64,000 nt of DNA from Eledone cirrhosa (lineage: Eukaryota), in the NCBI GenBank assembly GCA_964016885.1, contig OZ024743.1:81282001-81346000 (forward strand), read 5' to 3'. Shown here one piece after another: positions 51,801 to 64,000 of the stretch. The notes under the pieces are model-generated. The model was not told the DNA's origin. It worked only from the letters and a program-made list of their open reading frames with translations, and did no database searches. Numbering within the stretch: the stretch's first letter is position 1; every line of letters begins with the position of its first letter. The translations under genes and the position numbers were made by a program.

Positions 51801-53108
51801 GTTGTAGTTGTCAATGCTGTTATTGTAGTTGTCATTGCTGTTATTGTAGTTGTCATTGCTGTTATTGTTGTTGTTGCCATTGCTGTTATTGTAGTTGTCA
51901 ATGCTGTTATTGTAGTTGTCATTGCTGTTATTGTTGTTGTTGCCATTGCTGTTATTATAGTTGTCAATGCTGTTATTGTTGTTGTTATTGCTGTTATTGT
52001 TGTTGTCATTGCTGTTATTCTTGTTGTCATTGCTGTTATTGTAGTTGTCATTGCTGTTATTGTAGTTGTCATTGCTGTTATTGTAGTTGTCATTGCTGTT
52101 ATTGTTGTTGTCAATGCTGTTATTGTAGTTGTCATTGCTGTTATTGTAGTTGTCATTGCTGTTATTGTTGTTGTCATTGCTGTTATTGTTGTTGTTGCCA
52201 TTGCTGTTATTGTAGTTGTCATTGCTGTTATTGTAGTTGTCATTGCTGTTATTGTTGTTGTTGCCATTGCTGTTGTTGTAGTTGTCAATGCTGTTATTGT
52301 AGTTGTCATTGCTGTTATTGTAGTTGTCATTGCTGTTATTGTTGTTGTTGCCATTGCTGTTATTGTAGTTGTCAATGCTGTTATTGTAGTTGTCATTGCT
52401 GTTATTGTTGTTGTTGCCATTGCTGTTATTATAGTTGTCAATGCTGTTATTGTTGTTGTTATTGCTGTTATTGTTGTTGTCATTGCTGTTATTCTTGTTG
52501 TCATTGCTGTTATTGTAGTTGTCATTGCTGTTATTGTAGTTGTCATTGCTGTTATTGTAGTTGTCATTGCTGTTATTGTTGTTGTCAATGCTGTTATTGT
52601 AGTTGTCATTGCTGTTATTGTAGTTGTCATTGCTGTTATTGTTGTTGTCAATGCTGTTATTGTAGTTGTCATTGCTGTTATTGTAGTTGTTATTGCTGTT
52701 ATTGTTGTTGTCATTGCTGTTATTGTTGTTGTTATTGATGTTATTGTTGTTGTCATTGCTGTTATTGTTGTTGCCAATGCTGTTATTGTTGTTGTTATTG
52801 CTGTTATTGTTGTTGTCATTTCTGTTATTGTTGTTGTCAATGCTGTTATTTTCATTGTCAATCCTGCTACTGTTGTTGTCATTGCTGTTATTGTAGTTGT
52901 CATTGCTGTTATTGTAGTTGTCAATGCTGTTATTTTCATTGTCAATCCTGTTATTGTTGTTGTCATTGCTGTTATTGTAGTTGTCATTGCTGTTATTGTC
53001 TTTGTTATTGCTGTTATTGTAATTGTCATTGTACTCACTGTCACTTTCTCTATTGTTCTCATTATTGTTACTATTCCTGTTGCCAACATTGTTGTTGTTG
53101 TTGTTATT
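48885..53108. repeat. 21/24-bp triplet-based minisatellite (GTTATTGTAGTTGTCATTGCT and variants)
   Basis: Directly visible periodicity over about 4.2 kb. Confidence 0.96.
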
Positions 53109-54299
53109 TCCCTATAATCAATTCCTTTAACTATAAAATGTTCCTAAAAACCTCACAAACAGACATTTCTTCATCTTTTTTATTCATTGGTTCTTTATTA
53201 ATTGTTTATTTTAATTCTTTATTGACTTATTATTGTTTACATTTTTGTTTACCTTGTTATATATACATTTTGTATATAATGTATATATTTCTTTATTGTA
53301 TATGATTTATATTTATTTTTATTGTATATTATATAGTTTTTATATATTGAATATTATATATAGTTTTGTTTATTGTATGTATTTTTATATTTATTATATA
53401 TATATATAGTTTTTATATATTCTATATTACATATAGTCTTTATATATTCTATATTATATATAGTCTTGTTTATTGTATATAGTTTTATTTATTAGATATA
53501 CTATATAGTTTTTATATATTGTATCTTATATATAATTTATAGTATATATTCCATATCATTTTTATATATTGTGTATTATATATAATTTATAGTATATATT
53601 CTATATAGTTTTTATTCGTTATATATTGTATATAGCTTTTTATTGTTTGTTATCCATAAAAATGTTTTTATTGATTAAATTTAGTTTTTTATTAGGTATA
53701 CATTTTTTAATCATATTTATTATAATTTTTATTTTATATTGTATCTGTTTTGTGTCTTTATTATATATACATGTTTGTATTTTTGTTATTGTTTATTATA
53801 TAGATATTTTATAATTTTGTATCGTTTGTCTTTTGTTTTTATTTCTTTTTGTATATAATTTGTGTTTTTGTATGGCTTATTTACATTATGTTTATTGTTT
53901 TTTTCTATATATAGTTAACATTGTATTCTATAGTATATATAGTCTGTATTGTATTATATATGTTATATATATATTATTTTATTGTTTCTTATATAGATTT
54001 CGTTCATTGTAGTGTATAGTTTGTGTGATTGTGCATCAATTATAAGTGTCAAAGAAGTAAGGGGTGGCACGAAAACCAAAATTAAAATAGCGAGTTTGGC
54101 TTTTACACCTACTCCCTTCTTCTGATTACGGAATGCTGAAGCTGGCACATTACTGCACCCGCTTCTGCAATTTTGGCACTTAAGTAAGCCTCAGTATGTT
54201 ACTTCTATGGTCATTGTTGTTGTTATTGTTGAGGAATATTAGTTAGGGTGTTGACCAAACCAAGTGGTTCCACGTTAGTCCACGTGGCTCCAGGCCACT

Positions 54300-54830
54300 C
54301 AGAAATACTAAAACAGTGGATACCCTAATATCTGCCTGCACCACCTTAACGCAATCTCAATACAAAAACAGACACGACTGTCTCGGGGAGTACATTCACT
54401 GGAAAATATGCAAATTTTATGGAGACGAAACAAACAAAATTGTTATGAACATATCCAGATCTGGCAACTGAAATTGGTAATGGTATAGTGCTGTGGGATT
54501 TCACAGTACAGACTAACAGGACAATCAAATCCAATAGACTATATATAATAAAAGATTTTTTTTAATATTATTGTGGATAGTCATGGCCGTATCTGATGAT
54601 TTCAATATGTATTTTATGATACGTGAAATTAATTTAAAAGTGAAAGAATCATAAAATATAGATTTTATATTGTGATTGTGAAAGCCTTCACTATTCCAGT
54701 TATTGTTGGGACACTTGGCCTGGTGAAGAAGGGAACTAACACAGTCTCATCATTTATACCGTGTAAACGTTGTATAAAAGAATATCAGAATATCATACTC
54801 TCCATTACTGCCCACATTTTGTGAAGAGTA
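54300..54830 (+). mobile_element. Highly decayed REL-type (R4/Dong-like) retrotransposon 3' fragment
   Basis: GIVLWDFTVQTNRTIKSNR and TIPVIVGTLGLVKKG parallel KVLWDFRIQTDKKLEHNR and VIPIVIGALGTISKG of the intact element. Confidence 0.65.
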
Positions 54831-55387
54831 ATGTCAATGGTCAATGTGGGAAAAGTAAACCACGTTGTATCTTGTATGTGAGGCATCCATGCAGCAAAGT
54901 TTGCAGTATATTTTGTATTCAATTCTGGCTTTAAATGTATATATATATATTGTATATACTGTAAATATTCTAATTGGTTTTACTGACTATATAGATCTGT
55001 TAATATTGTATATAGACGCTGTGAATTTATAAATATTCTCTGTGTGTGCTTGTGTCTGTGCCTGTATATGTGTGATTGTGTATGTGTGTGTGTATGTGTG
55101 TCCATACATGTGTACATATGTATGAGTATATTTGTGTATGTGTGTGTATATATGTGTGTATATATGTGTGTATATGAGTGTGTATATGTGTGTACGTGTG
55201 TAAATATATGTATGTGTATGCTGCATTTTTACTGTCTTTCTCAAACTCTCGGCGAAATACCATCAGTAATTTATGGCACTGAGACACGGTGTGTCATAAC
55301 AAACCTTCACCCCACTCAGGTACCTGGTTGAGAAATGTGAGTGAAAGTACAGATATCTAAGTAAAATAACAACAACAACAATAATAA

Positions 55388-55562
55388 TAATTGTTTCTAC
55401 TTTTGGAACAAGGCCAGCAATTACCCAGTGTATTACTGGTACTTTATTTTATCGAACCCTTACTGACGAAAGGCAAAGTTAACCTCAGCGAGATTTGAAC
55501 GTAAAGGGTCGTAACTCTATGCTGAAAAGCCTGGTGTTCGTCACTCTACCGATTCTGCCATT
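55388..55562 (-). mobile_element. tRNA-derived SINE (diverged)
   Basis: Same family consensus. Confidence 0.8.
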
Positions 55563-56229
55563 CCTCTATAAGCTTCTAAACTTTCAAGCAGTAGGTTATT
55601 CTTTGCGACATTTCATCTTTTATTCTGTTTAATCATGTGATTTATTTTAATGTCGTTAATTATAATCTGGTTAGTTTCATCTCATGGAATATAATCTTGT
55701 GAGGTTCGAAACCATACACATACACCCACATACACACATACAGACACACATACACACACATACACACACATACACATATACAGGCACACATACACACACA
55801 TACACACACCCATATACACACACATACACACATACAGGCACACATACACCACACACATACATACACACACATACACACATACACACACATGCACAGACAC
55901 ATACACACACACATATATATATATAAATAAAGAGAAAGAGAGAGCGAGAGAGCTAGAGAGAGGGTGAGGGAGGGAAATAATTTTGTATATATCTTTTGAG
56001 TTTGGTAAGCTAGGAAAAATAATTTTGAAGGTGAGAAAATTATTGTATGTTATTGGTTGAACGCTGGAATAATCAAAAGTATATCAACTTTTGGAATAAA
56101 TACATATACCCCACCCCATATCTATATATATATATATATATATGAAAAAATGGGGAGAAGAATACTGCATGGTTGCACATGGATAACATGTTATAAAATG
56201 AGTCCCTCATCAGTATATTAATATTTATG

Positions 56230-56278
<49 letters not shown>

Positions 56279-56314
56279 TACACAATTATCAAAGTTATGT
56301 TCAAATCATTTAAT

Positions 56315-56361
56315 TGCTGACAATCGTTTCTTCCAAACTTTCGTTTGGGATCATCGGAGCA
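56315..56361 (-). ncRNA. Minimal type I hammerhead-like motif (CCGAUGA core variant)
   Basis: UGCU-CCGAUGA-UCCCAAAC(GAAA)GUUUGGAA-GAAAC-GAUU-GUC/AGCA. Confidence 0.55.
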
Positions 56362-56469
56362 TTATCAATGTTTGTAATGTTATTACTGGTAATAAGGTAG
56401 TAAGAAATTACTGACCTTTCCTGTTTATAGTTGTTTATGGTATATACATAACTTTAAATACTATCATTA

Positions 56470-56655
56470 GTGGATTGGCAGTATCGGTAGAGGGTCGGAT
56501 GGCATGCTTTCCAGCATATTTACGTCCCTTAACGATCTGAGTTCAAATCCCGGTGAGGTTGACTTTGCCTTTCATTCTTACGGGGTCGATAAAATAAAGT
56601 ACCAGTAATTCACTGGATAATTCCTGGCCTTGTGCCAAAAAGTAGAAACAATTAT
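56470..56655 (+). mobile_element. tRNA-derived SINE
   Basis: GTGGATTGGCAGTATCGGTAGAG...GAGTTCAAATCCCGG...GGCCTTGTGCCAAAAAGTAGAAAC. Confidence 0.87.
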
Positions 56656-56832
56656 TATTATATATGTATATACATTTATATATGCTTATATATATATGCA
56701 TTGAGTACCTTACTTACTGTGGTTACCTCCGATTCAACCCGGAATAACTTACCTATATATATATATTTATATATATATGAAGGAATCCAATGAATTATCG
56801 ATAGGTTTAATAAAGATGAGTTATGTATTACA

Positions 56833-56875
<43 letters not shown>

Positions 56876-57185
56876 AAGAAGTAATCTTTTCAGTCCTTGC
56901 AAACATAGATTGAACTCAACGTTTAAATATATATATAAATTGTAATACATAACTCATCTTTATTAAACCTATCGATAATTCATTGGATTCCTTCATATGA
57001 TTGCTTATAACTATCTTGAAAGGATTTTTTCTTGAAGAACTTTTCTTGATAAACGTACTGAAAGATTTGAAGAAAGGTTTTTCTGAAAATTCCTATGATG
57101 GGTACAAAGAATTCATAATTTAAATTATAATTCATATTTCATATTTTATATTGTATATTTTGTATTTATATATTTTTCAAATGCT

Positions 57186-57263
<78 letters not shown>

Positions 57264-58413
57264 GTGTGTGTGCGTGTGTGTGTGTGTATGTGTATGTATG
57301 TATGTCAAAATGTCTATATATATATGAAATTTATACTTTAAATATATTCTACAGATGTACTCTTATGAAAGATTTTTTATGGTTTATGCTTTGGATATAT
57401 TCCAATGAATGAATTTTTAAATGTTAACACGTTATAGCAAACAAATTTATGTTTTTAACAGTCATAACTGTATAACAGGCTGGAGTTATGAATTTATAAC
57501 TTGCTATAAAATAACATAAAATTCATACTCTAATTACACTATTAAGATGGATAATTAAAATTTTTCAACATCTTAACTTTATAACACTTAATCCTTAGAG
57601 CTATCTAAACATTTAATAAATCACTAGCAATTTCCTTTACGCTCTACTGCTATTACAAATAAGGGATTATTCTTCGGTAAACTCTCGGAAATATTCGGAT
57701 ATTTTAAACTTACAAATTTTTTTAAATAATTAATTAATAATAAATAATAAAATTATATATGGTTTTATAATAATAACATATTTTTTAATAATATATATTC
57801 TTTAATAATAATATATAGGTCTCAACTTTAATAATATAACATACACATTTAAACATTTAAACTACGGTTTGAATTGATAAATTATTAATTAAACATTTAA
57901 TCAAATTTATTAATTAAACATTAGATAAATTCTTCAACTTAGCTTTATTTATGTTTATCCATCTTTATTAGTATCTGTTATTGGTTATTATTATTGTTTA
58001 TCCATCTTACGGTATTCATCCACGCTATATTTATTTTCTTCGCTTCTTCTCTCAAAATTACGCTATTCTCTCTCACTAAAATATACTCAGGTTTCTCTCT
58101 CTCTTTCTTTTCTTTTTTCTCTTTCTTTTTTCATTTTTCCCTATTCCAACGGCTTAATTTAAATATACTGTTTTTAAACCTTTCCACCACTAATTTACAT
58201 AATAAACCAACAATAAATATAATAACTCCACTAACCAGGAGATTCCAACCAGAATGGTTGCATTTTTTAAGGGTATGTCAATATTTATTTATAAAACTAA
58301 CCTATATTATATTTTATCTGATGAAAGCGCACCATAGTTTGCTCTGGTGGCCCAGGAAATATGTATAATGAAATAAATATGGTTTTATAAATATAGTTTC
58401 CATTTGTTAATAT

Positions 58414-58471
<58 letters not shown>

Positions 58472-58474
<3 letters not shown>

Positions 58475-58667
58475 CAAAGGTAGTGTGCTAAGGAACCAGA
58501 TAAACCATAACGCACCAGAGTACTCAATACTTAGGGTAGTAGAGTGGGTAATAGGAAAATGTTTAACCCGGACGGCAGAGCTCAAACCGGTTCGACGGCT
58601 ATTTCTGGTCCAGAAATAGCCGTCGAAACGGCTTGAGCTCCGCCGTCGGGGTTAAACATTTCCCTAT
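58472..58667 (-). mobile_element. Family 1 fold-back element (palindrome 58551-58667, centre 58609)
   Basis: 58-bp inverted arms plus the family 1 tail in reverse orientation; (TA)n flanks. Confidence 0.68.
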
Positions 58668-58684
58668 ATATATACAAAATATAC

Positions 58685-58828
58685 AAATGGTTTCTACAGG
58701 ACTAGAACTGTTTCATTCGAATGAAACATTTCTAATTCAGTAGAAGCCATTTCTATGTTAAGCATTTATACTCTGCTATGCATTAAGTACCTTACTCACT
58801 GTGGTTACACCCGATTGAACCCGGGATA
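58685..58828 (+). mobile_element. Family 2 fold-back remnant
   Basis: TTTCTACAGGACTAGAACTGTTTCATTC|GAATGAAAC... followed by tail GTACCTTACTCACTGTGGTTACACCCGATTGAACCCGG. Confidence 0.6.
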
Positions 58829-58862
58829 CACACACATACACACACACACACACACGCACACG

Positions 58863-58941
<79 letters not shown>

Positions 58942-59688
58942 TATATATATATATATATATTTAGGTTAGCTGGTTCACCACTGGATAGAACTGGTTATTC
59001 CGTATGGTCAACCTCGATGTAATATTATGCAGCTCACCCGTCTTCGTTTGTGTAGTTGGTGCGAGTACGGAGTTAATTATTATAAAATAACAGGAGGCTG
59101 GACTGGTGTAAATCCTTGAAAGATTTATTATACTATGATCATTTCAATGACCGGGTTCAGTATGAATTGGAATTGGGTGATATCATCAGGTATTCGAAAT
59201 ATAACAATGGAATATAACATAAAATCCATGGGGCTGAAAATCAGAGGCAAGAGGACTACCGACTATTTAGCAGCTTCTACCTCAGTCGGTCGCCCTCGAG
59301 TGTTGATTATTAAATCTACTTATGATCATCTGGTGAGGGGGCGTAAGCTTATAATGTACTACTACCTCCTCGTCAAAGAGAAAAGGTCATGCCACAATCA
59401 GGCTGACCGTGCGTGCTAGAAAAGTGCCGCAAAAAATGTTTTTTCCAAAGTACATATATCTTTAATAAAGGCAGATATAGTGGGCGTCTGTATGGTATAA
59501 TGTGAGGACAGAAATTTCGGTTAGCAATTAGGAATGTTAAACTAATATTTAGAGTTATAGGATGAAATTAGAAAAATAAGAGAAATAAGGTTTAAGGTTT
59601 GGGTTGTGAGATTTAGTTAAAGAATTTACAGGAAGAGTCTTTTATGAAAAAGTTTAAGTGTATTATTATTATATATATATATATATAT

Positions 59689-59838
59689 ATGAAAAAGTAT
59701 GACCCTGATGGCAGAGCTCAAGCCGTTTCGACGGCTATTTCTGGACAAATACTTTTTCCTATTTCCCACTCTACCACTCTAAGTATTGAGTACTCTGGTG
59801 CGTTATGGTCCATCTGGTTCTTTACCACATTTCCTTTG

Positions 59839-59841
<3 letters not shown>
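59689..59841 (+). mobile_element. Family 1 element (inverted head + sense tail)
   Basis: GAAAAAGTATGACCCTGATGGCAGAGCTC...CTGGAC then ATACTTTTTCCTATTTCCCACTC...CATTTCCTTTGT(TA)n. Confidence 0.66.
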
Positions 59842-61023
<1,182 letters not shown>

Positions 61024-61028
61024 TTATT

Positions 61029-61079
<51 letters not shown>

Positions 61080-61084
61080 TTATT

Positions 61085-61187
<103 letters not shown>

Positions 61188-61766
61188 TTATATATTTATT
61201 AATACGATGAGCTTCTGTTGTGTATGTACCAAGACAGTTTTATAGGATTAAGTAACTATATGGAATCTATAGGTTTTTGTTGTAAGAGAAACCACAAGTG
61301 CCAATATTTCTGAACAAATTATAAATCTTTACAAGACGATATTGCTTTGGAAACCAGATATCGAAATAGTTAATGAGTGATTGATGTATTAATATGGTGA
61401 TCTCTTGATAAGTACAGTCACGTGGTTTCAAATGAAAGACACTAACTATAAGAAGCGAAAAATGTTTAAACATATCTATTAAAATTTGTTATCACTCCGA
61501 TATTTCGGCTGGAAATGGCTCTAGTCATGAAATGAAATTAACAGGAGAAATGCCTTAGGTTTTTGGTCATACATATATGTAGTTAGACTTCTGATGGGTT
61601 AAGACAACCATCCTGTTAGCAATACTCTGCTAGATCCAGAGAAAGTCTTATTTATATAGAATATATTGCAAACGGTATTAGCATGTTTCTAAATCAATGT
61701 ATACTTTTGAATATTTCACGATGAAGCCAGATATCCAAATCAATCTGATATATATATATATACTGT

Positions 61767-61849
<83 letters not shown>

Positions 61850-61853
<4 letters not shown>

Positions 61854-63650
61854 AGCAGAAGGCACTGTTCCGCATCGTGAGGGAGGTGACGGGAGTATCG
61901 AACGGTGCCAACATGCCAGTGAAGGACTAAAATGGTAAGACATTGACCACTGGAGCAGAACAGGACCAGATATGGATGGGGCATTTCCGGAAGACGCTGA
62001 ACGAACAGCTCCAGTCGAGTTGATAGACTTGACCGCAAAGACTCCAGAAACCGCTGCAGTACTCAAGGACCAAATCACCAAACAAGAGACAAATGATGCG
62101 ATCAATTACTTGAAGAACAGAAAAGCTGTGAAAATAGCATGATAATGGCGTTGACAAACTAGATGAACCACTGCTGGAAGGTTGGTCGGGTTCCTTTTGA
62201 GTGTCAACGTGGTGTCATCGTCAAACTGCCGAAGAAGGGAAACCTGGCAGACTGCAACACCAGACGCAGCATCACATTGCTGTCAGTCCCGGACAAGCTG
62301 TCTACTCCGGCAAGTTGTCCACTCCTGCCAGCTGTCCACTCCGGCAAGCTGTCCACTCCTGCAAGCTGTCTACTTTGGCAAGCTGTCCACTCCTGCAAGC
62401 TGTCCACTCCTGCAAGCTGTCTACTTTGGCAAGCTGTCCACTCCTGCAAGCTGTCCACTCCTGCAAGCTGTCCACTCCTGCAAGCTGTCTACTTTGGCAA
62501 GCTGTCCACTCCTGCAAGCTGTCTACTTTGGCAAGCTGTCCACTCCTGCAAGCTGTCCACTACGGCAAGTTGTCCACTCCTGCAAGCTATCGACTCCGGG
62601 AAGAACATGCCGGCTTCCCAAACAACCGATCTGGTACTGAACAAATCTTCTCTCTACGCAACATCCTCGGACAATGCGTTGAACACTAGCATCGTTGGTT
62701 GTCAACTTCATTGATTTCCAGAAGGCGTTCGACAGTGTACATCAGTAATATCTCTGGAACATCGCGCACTTGTACGGCATCCTGCAAGATTCATCGTCAT
62801 CTTCAAGGCCCTGTACGCAAACTCCATCTACTGCGGGTGGACTGAGTCTGGTGTGATGGAGTTCTTTGACAATGTCTCAAATGTCAGACAGGGTTACATT
62901 TTCTCTCCGCTGCTGTTCCTGTTGGCAGCCGATTTCATGGAGAGGCCAGTCGAGGCTGAAGGATCTGGCATTCGCCGACGACATCACTTCGATCGCTGAA
63001 GACAATGAAGATATGCAGGCTTTAACAGCATCCCTGGAAGAGAGTACGGAAAAGATAGGTCTGCGAATCAACGCCAAAAAGACGAAAGTGATGAGGACAG
63101 GTAACGACACAGGTCCAGAGATCAGAGTCACACCAACAAGACCTGAAAGAAGTCGCTCACTTCATCTATCTTGTCAGCATCCTGGCAATCAATGGCGTCG
63201 AGGAGCTCGACATCAACTATCGGATCGGCAAAGGAGCCACAGTTTTCCCGTAGATTCACCCAGTCTGGTCGTCTTCATGCATCAGTACCGGGATCAAGTT
63301 GTGCCTTTACAAGAGCATCGTGCTGCCAACAGTGTTTTACGCGAGCAAAACCCGGAAGAGCACCACTCAGATTCAGAGAAAGCAGAACGCATTCCACCAG
63401 TGGTGCCTGCGAAAGATCTTTCGTATGTTCTGGCGCAACCGACTGTGAAACGAGGAAATCCCGTGGAGAGCCGAGTCGTGGGTGCAGAGGGCGGTCACGG
63501 AGCGATGGTGCAACTTGGCTGGCCATAGCCTGCCCCACGATCGACACTCTAAAACGGCGATGAGTTGGATCCAGGTGGCGGCAAACGGAAGCAGGGTTGC
63601 CCCAGGATTACCTGGCGACGGTAAAAAGCCACCGTTGATAATGATCGTAG
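61850..63650 (+). mobile_element. Decayed RTE-clade LINE (RT region) interrupted by a minisatellite
   Basis: GVIVKLPKKGNLADC..RSITLLSVP, REEHAGF..RSGTEQIFSLRNIL, VNFIDFQKAFDSVH, VRQGYIFSPLLF, DLAFADDI, GLRINAKKTKVM. Confidence 0.87.
62293..62600. repeat. 17-bp minisatellite (GCAAGCTGTCCACTCCT / GCAAGCTGTCTACTTTG), about 18 copies
   Basis: Directly visible inside the RTE RT region. Confidence 0.93.
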
Positions 63651-63706
63651 GCGCTTCCTGACAGCTTGATGTGCGGAAAGGCACAGAAGAGCCCAACATT
63701 AAGATG

Positions 63707-63875
<169 letters not shown>

Positions 63876-63884
63876 ATACATATA

Positions 63885-64000
<116 letters not shown>

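Noticed and set aside
57000-58400. AT-rich stretch considered as a NUMT or a decayed Penelope ORF
   Set aside because: No recognisable mitochondrial gene or RT/GIY-YIG motifs by eye

Overview
Repeat-saturated eukaryotic DNA with no recognisable host gene. The tRNA-derived SINE and extreme (TA)n/(CA)n density resemble octopod cephalopod genomes (inference). Contents: an 11-kb 29-bp satellite with a telomere-like motif, a decayed L1/Tx1 LINE, a 31-bp satellite, an intact R4/Dong-type non-LTR retrotransposon plus a truncated tandem copy, three decayed RTE LINEs, a non-autonomous Helitron, an internally deleted mariner and about 16 SINE copies. The standout is a 595-bp non-coding unit repeated about 7.4 times (39752-44134) and capped by an inverted copy. 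Each unit carries a type I hammerhead-ribozyme-like motif with a compensatory U3-A8 core (UUGAUAA), an enlarged stem II and a palindromic stem III. This looks like a retrozyme-like / Penelope-mobilised self-cleaving RNA element. Other short (TA)n-embedded elements share the inverted-head architecture and/or carry hammerhead motifs. All ribozyme folds were derived by eye and are untested.
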